A stretch of 64,000 nucleotides of DNA, taken from contig SLPH01000015.1 of assembly GCA_007132095.1 (NCBI GenBank), positions 221 to 64,220 on the forward strand, given 5' to 3'. The DNA is from Syntrophomonadaceae bacterium (GTDB lineage: Bacteria > Bacillota > Dethiobacteria > DTU022). A model generated the notes under the pieces. That model ran no database searches, was not told where the DNA came from, and saw only the letters and a program-made list of their open reading frames with translations. Both the position numbers and the translations under genes were made by a program. Below, in pieces: positions 28,316 to 36,876 of this stretch (the stretch's first letter is position 1; the number at the start of each line of letters is the position of its first letter).

Positions 28316-28906
28316 ATGAAGCAGGGCGAATTTTTTAAAGCATTGGAGAACGAGGCTTCAGTCCACCTCAGAAATAGCCCTTCGCTGGAGATGGAGGGGG
28401 CGGCTTCCTGGGTTGAGGCAACTGCCAAAATGGATGCCGATAATGCAGGTCCAGTCCCTGACAGGGCTGAAGCCGACGGTTTGCAGCCGGGTATTGGATT
28501 TCTGATGCGCGATATCTATATTCCCGCTGAAAATAACGTCAGGTCGATCTGGGTCCGTCCCGGGACCTTATTATTTAACCTCAGCCGAAGGGTTGTTAAT
28601 TTGGCTTCAGCCACCGGGTTCAGAAAACATGCCCTGACCCTGTACTTACTAACCGGCCTGGAACCGATCCTGCCCAGGGTAAATATTTGCGTCAACCTGG
28701 GCCGGGCCGACCTGCTTTACCCCAGGGTGGAAAGTGGTTCCGAACCCCGTGGTAAATTGCTGGATTTATTATGCCGGCTGCATCCTGGCGGCGGGAATAA
28801 ATTAATTATAAAAAATATTGTAAAAGCTATTGACAAATTAACCGAAGCGATCAATAATATACTTCCAGGTTCCGAGAGACTGGAAAACGAACCGGGTTTG
28901 GTCTAA
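28316..28906 (+). CDS. Hypothetical protein (196 aa)
   Basis: AAGGA SD 6 nt upstream of the ATG. I recognise no domain. It lies between tRNA-Trp and the pro leader. Confidence 0.45.
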   Translation: MKQGEFFKALENEASVHLRNSPSLEMEGAASWVEATAKMDADNAGPVPDRAEADGLQPGIGFLMRDIYIPAENNVRSIWVRPGTLLFNLSRRVVNLASATGFRKHALTLYLLTGLEPILPRVNICVNLGRADLLYPRVESGSEPRGKLLDLLCRLHPGGGNKLIIKNIVKAIDKLTEAINNILPGSERLENEPGLV

Positions 28907-28929
28907 GGGAGAACCGGAGTGGGTGAAGG

Positions 28930-29210
28930 GCTTACCGAAATCCGTGTAAGGATTATCCCTTAAGCCGAATTGCTGAAAGTGGCGGACCATGAAAAGCCTG
29001 AACAGGCTGGGAGTGGCCGAAACAATCGGCGCGGGACTAGAGTAGCGGTCTGGAGGTTGGGCAGATGCTATCCGGAGGAGGTAGCGGAAACTCAGTCGCA
29101 GATGGACGCGCGAAGAAGTTCCGGCGGTAAGTTAGAAGGCCTGTTGGAACCTGGTTTTATATTTACAGATAAACCTGCGGCGGTTGCCTGTGTGCCGGGG
29201 GTTTTTTATA
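28930..29210 (+). promoter_or_regulatory. Candidate T-box leader (proline-responsive) upstream of proC-proB-proA
   Basis: About 400 nt of non-coding leader. The only ORF in it is R/G-rich with no coding character. A small stem-loop gcua-uCCGgaggagg-uagc exposes a CCG proline codon. A T-box-like GTTGGAACCTGG (consensus GGTGGNACCGCG) sits just upstream of a terminator hairpin cctgcggc/gccggggg followed by TTTTTT. Confidence 0.35.
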
Positions 29211-29305
29211 TTAATGATAGCAGCCGAAAATACAGGCATCTATTGCATAAAACACCCGGTTCAGTTAGAATTATTCCTATAGCTTTTAAACCGGGGGTAT
29301 GAAAA

Positions 29306-30115
29306 ATGTCGGACAAAATTGGCTTAATCGGATGCGGCGCTATGGGATCTGCCCTGGCAAAGGGCATGATCAAGAACATGGGCATTACAGCTGATTCAAT
29401 TTACGTTTATGACTTGAATGTGCATCGAAAGAAGGATCTTGCAGCAGAAATTGATGCTGTCGCTGCAGACAATCTTGTCGATCTTGTTCCATACTGCCGG
29501 CATATTTTTATTGCTGTAAAACCGCAGGATATTGAAGGCCTGCTCTACTCGATGAAAGAGATGACCAGGCCGGACCAAATAGTTGCCTCCATAGCTGCCG
29601 GAATTACCATCCATTATATCGAAAGCTGCCTGCCTGCCGGAGTCAGGGTGATCAGGCTGATGCCTAACACCCCCTGCCTCCTTGGCGAAGGAACTATTGC
29701 GATCAGTACGGGCGATAATGTAAACGATGAGGAACGCAAAGAAGTGGAGCAACTCCTGCAGCCTCTTGGCTTGACGGTTCGCCTGCCGGAATACCTGATG
29801 GATGCCGCTACAGGGCTTAGCGGAACCGGTCCTGCTTATGTCTTTCTTTTTATTGAAACGATGATTGATGCCGGGGTTGCTGTTGGCATCAGGCGAGATG
29901 TCGCTTCTGAAATGGTTATCCAAAATGTAATCGGGTCTGCATTAATGCTGCGGGATAACGTGAAGCACCCGGCTGAATTGCGAAATTCAGTTACATCTCC
30001 GGCTGGAACAAGCGCTGCCGCCCTGCAGGTGCTGGAAGAAAACAGTTTCCGCAGCTGCCTGCAAAAAGCAGTGATCCAGGCTACCAGGAGGGCGGAGGAG
30101 CTTCGCCGTGGTTAA
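29306..30115 (+). CDS. proC: Pyrroline-5-carboxylate reductase
   Basis: N-terminal IGLIGCGAMGSALAKGM NADP motif. 269 aa. Confidence 0.85.
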   Translation: MSDKIGLIGCGAMGSALAKGMIKNMGITADSIYVYDLNVHRKKDLAAEIDAVAADNLVDLVPYCRHIFIAVKPQDIEGLLYSMKEMTRPDQIVASIAAGITIHYIESCLPAGVRVIRLMPNTPCLLGEGTIAISTGDNVNDEERKEVEQLLQPLGLTVRLPEYLMDAATGLSGTGPAYVFLFIETMIDAGVAVGIRRDVASEMVIQNVIGSALMLRDNVKHPAELRNSVTSPAGTSAAALQVLEENSFRSCLQKAVIQATRRAEELRRG

Positions 30116-31241
30116 TGAATTTACCAGCCTGTCTTTGCCAAACCCCTGCCGCATTGTCGTTAAAGTAGGTACCAGGTTACTTACTCACTCGACAGGCAAA
30201 TTAAACCTGGGTTATATGGAGAAGCTGGTGCGCCAGCTATCTGATCTACGTAACCGGGGACACGAGGTGATCCTGGCTACTTCCGGCTCAGTTGGAGCCG
30301 GCCGCGGCAGGCTAAATATTTCCCGAAGCCAGATTACTATTCCCGAAAAGCAGGCTATAGCCGCTGTTGGACAGGGCATACTGATCCAGATTTATGAAAA
30401 ACTCTTTTCTGAATACGGGTTGATAGTAGGACAAATTTTACTGACCCGATCTGATTTGATGAGCAGAAGGCGTTATATCAACGCCTGTAACACGGTGATA
30501 ACCCTGCTGAAGCTGGGTGTAATTCCGATCATCAATGAAAACGATACAGTTTCTGTGGAAGAGCTGAAGTTTGGCGATAACGATCGCCTATCGGCTCTTG
30601 TTGCAGGCCTTAGCGATGCCGACCTGCTGGTGATACTAACCGATGTCGACGGCCTTTATAATGCAAACCCGCGAAAAGATCCCGACGCCAAGCTAATCGC
30701 TTTTGTCGATAAGATAGATGAAAAGATCAGGTCGGGCGCAGAAGCTTCAAATGATGAACTGGCGACCGGAGGCATGATTACCAAGCTTCAGGCTGCAGAA
30801 ATTGCAACAAGTTCGGGAATACCGATGTATATAGCAAACGGGTCCGATCCCAGCGTGGTCACCAGGCTGCTCGACGGTGAGCACGCAGGTACTTATTTTC
30901 GGCCGCAGGAACACTTTTTAAGCCAGAGGAAGCGCTGGATTGCTTACGGGCAGGTAGCCAGGGGCAGGGTCATAATCGATACCGGCGCCTGCAGCGCCCT
31001 GTTATCAGGCGGCAAGAGCCTTCTGCCGGTCGGCGTGGTTGAAATTGAAGGCAAGTTTGACCAGGGAGACCTGGTTTCGGTAGTCGATCCCGACGGCAAA
31101 GAGCTTGGGCGCGGCCTCAGTAATTTCTCGTCAGAAGAGCTGTCAAGGATTAGAAGGCATGCCAGCTCGGAAATAAAAAATATTGTCGAACGCCCGGCAG
31201 CCGAAGAAGTTATACATCGCGATAACCTGGTGATTTACTGA
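30108..31241 (+). CDS. proB: Glutamate 5-kinase (with C-terminal PUA domain)
   Basis: IVVKVGTRLLT amino-acid-kinase N-terminus, then a PUA-like C-terminus (VVEIEGKFDQGDLVSV). GTG start overlapping the proC stop. Confidence 0.85.
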   Translation: MVNEFTSLSLPNPCRIVVKVGTRLLTHSTGKLNLGYMEKLVRQLSDLRNRGHEVILATSGSVGAGRGRLNISRSQITIPEKQAIAAVGQGILIQIYEKLFSEYGLIVGQILLTRSDLMSRRRYINACNTVITLLKLGVIPIINENDTVSVEELKFGDNDRLSALVAGLSDADLLVILTDVDGLYNANPRKDPDAKLIAFVDKIDEKIRSGAEASNDELATGGMITKLQAAEIATSSGIPMYIANGSDPSVVTRLLDGEHAGTYFRPQEHFLSQRKRWIAYGQVARGRVIIDTGACSALLSGGKSLLPVGVVEIEGKFDQGDLVSVVDPDGKELGRGLSNFSSEELSRIRRHASSEIKNIVERPAAEEVIHRDNLVIY

Positions 31242-31263
31242 GCTTAAAGGAGCTGTGCATATC

Positions 31264-32517
31264 ATGCATGCCGAGGTAGAGGGCAAGTGCAAGCTGGCCA
31301 AAAAGGCGGCGCCGCTGCTGGCAGCGCTAACGGCAGCTGCGAAAAATGAGGTTTTAGAAGCAATTGCAGGGGCCCTTGAAAATAGTGTTCAACCCATTAT
31401 CGAAGCGAACCGGATCGACCTTGAAAACCTGCAAAAAAAAGATCCTTATACAACCGCTTTTCACGACCGTCTCCTATTGAACAGGGAACGGATTGAAGCG
31501 ATGGCGGCGGGATTAAGAGAAATAGCCCTGTTAGACGATCCCGTTGGTGTTGTCGCAGGGATGTGGAAACGGCCTAACGGCTTACAAATTGGCCTGGTTA
31601 GCGTGCCAATTGGTGTAGTGGGTATCATTTACGAGGCCAGGCCCAATGTTACCGTTGATGCCGCCGGGCTGGCCTTGAAAGCAGGCAACGCAGTTGTTCT
31701 CAGGGGGAGCTCGGAGGCGATAAACTCAAACCGCGAGCTGGTTCGTCTTATTAACGAAGCGGTTTCGACAACTAATCTCCCGGCAGGAACGGTATCGCTG
31801 ATTACCGACACTTCACGCGAAGCGGCGGCGGATCTGATGAAAGCTGACCGTTATCTCGATCTTCTAATACCCAGGGGCGGTCCCGGGTTAATCCGCTCAG
31901 TCCTTGATAATTCAACTGTCCCGGTCATTCAGACAGGGGCCGGAAACTGCCACATATTTGTAGACAGGGAAGCTGACCTGGAAATGGCTAAAGGAATCGC
32001 AGTAAACGCCAAGGTTCAGCGGCCGGGGGTCTGTAATGCAATGGAAACCCTTCTGGTTCATGAAGGGATAGCCGATCGATTCCTGCCGGTAACTTTGGAA
32101 GCCCTGAAAGAACAGGGAGTACAGGTCAGGGGATGCGAAAAGACAGCCCGGTACAGCCCGGATGTGCTGCCGGCTGAAGAAAGCGACTGGGAAACAGAAT
32201 ACCTTGACCTGATCCTGGCGGTTAAAGTTGTCGTTTCAATAGATGAAGCAATTGACCACATTAATCGTTACAACACCGGCCATTCAGAGGCAATCATCAC
32301 AAATGACTATTTTAACTCACGCCTTTTCCTTGAACGGGTCGATGCGGCAGCCGTTTATGTTAATGCTTCGACAAGATTTACAGACGGCTCCGAATTTGGG
32401 CTGGGCGCGGAAATGGGTATAAGTACGCAAAAGCTGCATGCTCGCGGGCCGATGGGACTGGAAGCCCTGACCAGCAAAAAGTATATTATTTATGGTTCGG
32501 GGCAGATCAGAAATTAA
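31264..32517 (+). CDS. proA: Gamma-glutamyl phosphate reductase
   Basis: Aldehyde-dehydrogenase-fold ProA with the AGNCHIFVD region. I chose the ATG 11 nt after AAGGAG; an in-frame GTG at 31255 is too close to the SD. Confidence 0.85.
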   Translation: MHAEVEGKCKLAKKAAPLLAALTAAAKNEVLEAIAGALENSVQPIIEANRIDLENLQKKDPYTTAFHDRLLLNRERIEAMAAGLREIALLDDPVGVVAGMWKRPNGLQIGLVSVPIGVVGIIYEARPNVTVDAAGLALKAGNAVVLRGSSEAINSNRELVRLINEAVSTTNLPAGTVSLITDTSREAAADLMKADRYLDLLIPRGGPGLIRSVLDNSTVPVIQTGAGNCHIFVDREADLEMAKGIAVNAKVQRPGVCNAMETLLVHEGIADRFLPVTLEALKEQGVQVRGCEKTARYSPDVLPAEESDWETEYLDLILAVKVVVSIDEAIDHINRYNTGHSEAIITNDYFNSRLFLERVDAAAVYVNASTRFTDGSEFGLGAEMGISTQKLHARGPMGLEALTSKKYIIYGSGQIRN

Positions 32518-32549
32518 TCCGGCTTACATTTTCTAAAGGAGGAAATAAA

Positions 32550-33740
32550 TTGAATCGTTTTCTGAAAGCTTTAGAGTCAGATTTACCAATCCTGGTTGAT
32601 ACAACGCTTAGAGATGGCGAACAAACCGCGGGTGTTGTTTTTTCCAATCGCGAAAAACTGCGCATCTTCAAAATGCTTGACAATCTCGGCATACACCAGG
32701 TTGAAGCGGGTATCCCGGTTATGGGGGGAGATGAAAAAGCAGTTATTAAAGAAATGGTCTCCTACAACCTTGATATCAGCATAATGGCCTGGAACAGGGC
32801 AAACATTGAAGACATTAAACAATCCCTGGAATGCGGGGTTGATTCGGTGGCTATATCTATATCTACCTCTGATATCCATATCGCCCATAAACTTGGCACT
32901 TCCCGTGAATGGGTTTTGGACAACATGACCAGGGCAGTGGATTTTGCCAAAAAAGAAGGGGTCTATATTTCCGTTAACGCCGAAGATGCATCTCGCAGCG
33001 ATCAGGATTTCCTGATTGAGTTTGCCAGGCAGGCCAAACAGGCCGGGGCTGATCGTTTGCGTTTTTGCGACACTATCGGTGTATTGGAACCGTTTCGCAC
33101 CTACGACCAGATCAAGAGGCTGATCGGTGAAATTAACATGGATATTGAGATGCACACCCATAACGACTTTGGCATGGCTACAGCTAATGCCCTGGCCGGT
33201 TTGAGGGCCGGAGCGCGCTTTATTGGTGTGACCGTCAACGGTCTTGGGGAAAGGGCCGGTAACGCTGCCCTGGAAGAAGTTGCCATGGCTCTGAAACATC
33301 TGTTTGGAGTTAACCTGGGGGTAAACACGAAAGATTTCCGTAACCTCTGCGAATACGTGGCACGCGCTTCAGGCAGGCAGCTCTATCCGAATAAACCGAT
33401 CGTTGGCACGAATACCTTTGCTCACGAGTCGGGTATTCATGCAGACGGGGTACTGAAGAACCCCTTGACTTACGAGGTTTTCAGCCCTGACGATGTAGGG
33501 TTGGAAAGGCAGATCGTGATCGGGAAGCATTCCGGTTCGGCGTCGATAAAAATGAAGTTTGTCGAGTATGGCATCGATCTTTCCGATGAGGAAGCCAGGG
33601 ATCTGCTGGAAATTGTGCGGGAAGTAACCGTTGATGTAAAAAGAGCCCTGTTTGACAAAGAGCTGATCTACATCTATGAAGATTATCTATATGACAAGAA
33701 AACAGCTCCCGAGATAGCCGCCAGAAAAGAAAAAAGCTAA
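32550..33740 (+). CDS. Short-form 2-isopropylmalate / homocitrate / citramalate synthase family protein (HMGL-like TIM barrel, NifV/CimA-like)
   Basis: LVDTTLRDGEQTAG ... HTHNDFGMATANALAGL are the DRE/HxH motifs of the LeuA family. At 396 aa it lacks the LeuA regulatory domain. TTG start 7 nt after AAGGAGG. Confidence 0.7.
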   Translation: MNRFLKALESDLPILVDTTLRDGEQTAGVVFSNREKLRIFKMLDNLGIHQVEAGIPVMGGDEKAVIKEMVSYNLDISIMAWNRANIEDIKQSLECGVDSVAISISTSDIHIAHKLGTSREWVLDNMTRAVDFAKKEGVYISVNAEDASRSDQDFLIEFARQAKQAGADRLRFCDTIGVLEPFRTYDQIKRLIGEINMDIEMHTHNDFGMATANALAGLRAGARFIGVTVNGLGERAGNAALEEVAMALKHLFGVNLGVNTKDFRNLCEYVARASGRQLYPNKPIVGTNTFAHESGIHADGVLKNPLTYEVFSPDDVGLERQIVIGKHSGSASIKMKFVEYGIDLSDEEARDLLEIVREVTVDVKRALFDKELIYIYEDYLYDKKTAPEIAARKEKS

Positions 33741-33760
33741 CCGCGGGCAGGTGCAACCTG

Positions 33761-34720
33761 ATGGCAGCTGAACAACTATACTGCGTCGTCGACATAGGCG
33801 GAACAAAAATCCTGGTCATGATTATCGATCAGAACCGGAATGTTTTATTCCGGGATAAATTTAACACCCCTGAAGAGGCAACCCCTGAAGGTGTGGTAAA
33901 TTCAGTCCGGGAAAGGTTGAACTCTTTTTATCCCGATCACAATTATGATCCGGAATCCCTGAAGGGGTTAGGTATTTGTGTCGCCGCTTTTGTGAACCAC
34001 GAAAAAGGGGAGATCTACCACGCACCGAATATCTCCTGGCACAATGTGCCCCTGAAGGCGCTTTTTGAGGATAGCTTTTCCGACAGCAGGTGCTCCGTAT
34101 ACCTGGAAAACGATGCCACTGCTGCTGTTGCCGGCGAGGTTGCATTTGGGGCGGCCGGGGGACATCTGAATGTTATCTATGTAACCCTCAGCACCGGTAT
34201 AGGCGGAGGGCTATACCTGAACGGCCGGCTTTACCGGGGTTCAACAGGTTTTGCCGGAGAGGTGGGGCATACCAAACCTTTTGGGAAGGGAAGGACCTGC
34301 AGCTGCAGCGGCGAGGATTGCCTGGAAATATGGGCATCCGGGAGCGCTATCGCTGCCAGCGCCGCTATTTTGTGGCCGGAAGGATTGAAGAACAGAGAGA
34401 AACTTACTACAGCCCAGGTTTTTGAAGAAGCTGACGGCGGCAACCCTCTGGCGGCCAGGATAATTGAAGAAGCTGCTCACAAATCCGCTACCGGCCTGGC
34501 GAACCTGGTTACCCTGTTTAACCCTTCTTGCCTGGTGGTCGGCGGAGGCGTTGCCGCCAACAGGCCGGAATACCTGGAAAAAGTATTCTCCCTGGTCAGG
34601 CAGCAGGCGATTGAGCCTTCTGTGAGGGGAACAGGCCTTTTACTTGAAGCTGCCCGTTTAAAGTCTGATTCAGGAGCATGGGGCATGTACGCCCTGATGA
34701 CGGGAGAGGTGGAGGGCTAA
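33761..34720 (+). CDS. ROK-family sugar kinase (glucokinase-like)
   Basis: N-terminal VVDIGGTKI, and the ROK zinc motif GHTKPFGKGRTCSCSGEDCLE (CxCGxxGCxE). Confidence 0.75.
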   Translation: MAAEQLYCVVDIGGTKILVMIIDQNRNVLFRDKFNTPEEATPEGVVNSVRERLNSFYPDHNYDPESLKGLGICVAAFVNHEKGEIYHAPNISWHNVPLKALFEDSFSDSRCSVYLENDATAAVAGEVAFGAAGGHLNVIYVTLSTGIGGGLYLNGRLYRGSTGFAGEVGHTKPFGKGRTCSCSGEDCLEIWASGSAIAASAAILWPEGLKNREKLTTAQVFEEADGGNPLAARIIEEAAHKSATGLANLVTLFNPSCLVVGGGVAANRPEYLEKVFSLVRQQAIEPSVRGTGLLLEAARLKSDSGAWGMYALMTGEVEG

Positions 34721-34724
34721 ACCG

Positions 34725-35453
34725 ATGGAAGCCGTTGAACCGATCGAACAAATATATGAATTCATGGAAATGCTGATCCGCCGTTACGGCTCAATGGGCA
34801 TTGCTGCAGCCATGTTCGCCGAAAGCGCCGGTCTCCCGTTCGCATCGGCTGTTGTTTTACTAACTTCCGGGACTATGATTTTAGGGGGAACGGTTTCTTT
34901 CTGGTCGATCTTTTTTGCTTCAACTATTGGCATTACCCTTGGAAGTATTTTTAGTTACCTGGTAGGGTTGGCAGGAAGCTATATCGGCAAGGCTGTCTGG
35001 CTGAACCGAATCAGGAACAACCGGCCCGACGATCAAAAAAAATCAACGAACCCGGTGCTCCGGTTTTGGAAGAGATACGGCAATTTTTCTATTTTCATGG
35101 GGCAGTTTTGGGGAGTGACGCGGACCTTCATATCCTTTCCTGCAGGAGCCATGCATATGAATTTTCCGCTTTTCATTATTTACACCCTTGCAGGTGGGGC
35201 GCTATTCAGCCTGGCAATGATTGGTCTCAGCATTGCCCTTACCGGAACCATGAGCCTGACCCTAAAGGCTTTGCGATTACTGGCCGATTTTTCTCCCTGG
35301 TTACTCTTAATACCGGTTACACTGGTAATAGTATTTGTCTACATTTACCGCAGCCGGGGCTGGAAAGTTTCGTTTCCTTTTAATAATGGAGACAACAATA
35401 AAAAGGAGGCAGGAGAGGACAATAAAGATGGCAAAAAAGAGTTTCAAGCTTAA
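34725..35453 (+). CDS. DedA / TVP38-family membrane protein
   Basis: The GLPFASAVVLLTSG region and multiple transmembrane segments fit DedA. Confidence 0.75.
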   Translation: MEAVEPIEQIYEFMEMLIRRYGSMGIAAAMFAESAGLPFASAVVLLTSGTMILGGTVSFWSIFFASTIGITLGSIFSYLVGLAGSYIGKAVWLNRIRNNRPDDQKKSTNPVLRFWKRYGNFSIFMGQFWGVTRTFISFPAGAMHMNFPLFIIYTLAGGALFSLAMIGLSIALTGTMSLTLKALRLLADFSPWLLLIPVTLVIVFVYIYRSRGWKVSFPFNNGDNNKKEAGEDNKDGKKEFQA

Positions 35454-35664
35454 TGTTTACAACGAAAGGTGTAAAGAGTGCGGGATTTGTTTCGCTTTTT
35501 GCCCGAAGGATAACCTCAGGACAACCGAGGATGGTTCACCTGAATTTATTGATCCGGAGAACTGCACGGGATGCAAGCTATGTGAATACCTGTGCCCCGA
35601 TTTTGCCATTCAGGTTTTCACTGAAGATGATGAAAATGAGCTTGAAGAACCTGAAAAGGACTAA
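35428..35664 (+). CDS. 2[4Fe-4S] ferredoxin (78 aa)
   Basis: Two CxxCxxCxxxCP motifs: CKECGICFAFCP and CTGCKLCEYLCP. ATG 6 nt after GGAGAGGA. It overlaps the dedA 3' end by 26 nt in another frame. Confidence 0.55.
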   Translation: MAKKSFKLNVYNERCKECGICFAFCPKDNLRTTEDGSPEFIDPENCTGCKLCEYLCPDFAIQVFTEDDENELEEPEKD

Positions 35665-35667
35665 TTA

Positions 35668-36849
35668 TTGATGAAACCTGATTTTGATCGCATTATCGAC
35701 AGGAAAAATACCCGCTCCATGAAGTGGGACGGCATGGAGCCTTATTTCGGGGAGAACAACCTGGTTCCTCTCTGGGTCGCCGACATGGACTTTAAGTCGC
35801 CCCCGCCGGTGATAGAAGCCCTTTCGAGGCGGGCTGAACACGGGGTTTACGGTTATGCGGGCAGCTACAACGCCTATTTTGAAGCTGTGCGCGGGTGGAT
35901 GCAAAACCGCTTCGGGTGGAATCTGGAGCAGGAGTGGATCTCTCCCGCACCGGGTGTCATACCCGCTTTAATTCTGCTGATAAATGCTCTTTCCATGCCC
36001 GGAGACCGGGTTGTCGTTCAACCCCCCGTTTATCCTCCCTTTTTTGCCGCCGTCAATAACTGTGGGCGTCACCTGGTTTATAATCCGCTTATCGAGGAGC
36101 AGGGCTGTTATAGGATAGATTTTGAAGACCTTGAGCTTAAGCTGGCCTGGGAGAGGGTACGCCTGCTAATTCTATGCAGTCCCCACAACCCCGTCGGCCG
36201 GGTGTGGACTAAAGATGAACTTGAACAGGTTGTTTCCATAGCCTCCAGGCACGGCGTATTTGTTATTGCCGACGAAATTCATGCCGATCTCGTTTTTGGT
36301 CAGGCGCGGCACACCCCGCTGGCAATGATATCGGACCAGGCTGCGCAGAACTGCGCCGTTCTTACTGCGGCCAGTAAAACTTTTAACCTGGCCGGACTGC
36401 AGACATCGAACACGATCATAAAGAATGAAAAGATCAGAAACCTCTACTGGACGGCATCAAAGAACTCCGGTTTTGCCCGTCCCAATATTTTTGGTCTTGA
36501 AGCCCTGATAGCTGCCTACAATGAAGGCGAAAGCTGGCTTGAGGAGCTTTTGGTTTACCTGTCCGGAAATTATGCCCTTCTCCAAAATTATCTTGCTGAA
36601 AAAATGCCCTCGCTAAAAGCAGCCAGTCCTGAAGGAACATACCTGGCCTGGGTTGATTGCAGGGCGATCTTAAGCAGGAAAGGAAACCCCGCCCGTTTCT
36701 TCCAGGATGAAGCAGGACTTGCTTTTAACGATGGCAGTGATTATGGCCCGGGGGGCGCTGGGTTTATCCGCATAAATTTCGCCTGCCCCCGCCCGCTTTT
36801 GGAACAAGCCCTGGAAAGCATGGCTGCTGCCCTGGACAACCTTGAATAA
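35668..36849 (+). CDS. patB: PatB/MalY-type C-S lyase (cystathionine beta-lyase family, class I/II aminotransferase fold)
   Basis: N-terminus IDRKNTRSMKWDGMEPYFGENNLVPLWVADMDF is diagnostic of MalY/PatB. The PLP-lysine lies in the SKTFNLAGL region. Confidence 0.75.
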   Translation: MMKPDFDRIIDRKNTRSMKWDGMEPYFGENNLVPLWVADMDFKSPPPVIEALSRRAEHGVYGYAGSYNAYFEAVRGWMQNRFGWNLEQEWISPAPGVIPALILLINALSMPGDRVVVQPPVYPPFFAAVNNCGRHLVYNPLIEEQGCYRIDFEDLELKLAWERVRLLILCSPHNPVGRVWTKDELEQVVSIASRHGVFVIADEIHADLVFGQARHTPLAMISDQAAQNCAVLTAASKTFNLAGLQTSNTIIKNEKIRNLYWTASKNSGFARPNIFGLEALIAAYNEGESWLEELLVYLSGNYALLQNYLAEKMPSLKAASPEGTYLAWVDCRAILSRKGNPARFFQDEAGLAFNDGSDYGPGGAGFIRINFACPRPLLEQALESMAAALDNLE

Positions 36850-36876
36850 ATCCGCATCAAGAGGGGAGAAAAGAGT

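Noticed and set aside
28970-29302. 110-aa plus-strand ORF upstream of proC
   Set aside because: It is Arg/Gly-rich with no coding periodicity and no SD. The region is better explained as a structured T-box-like leader with a terminator.
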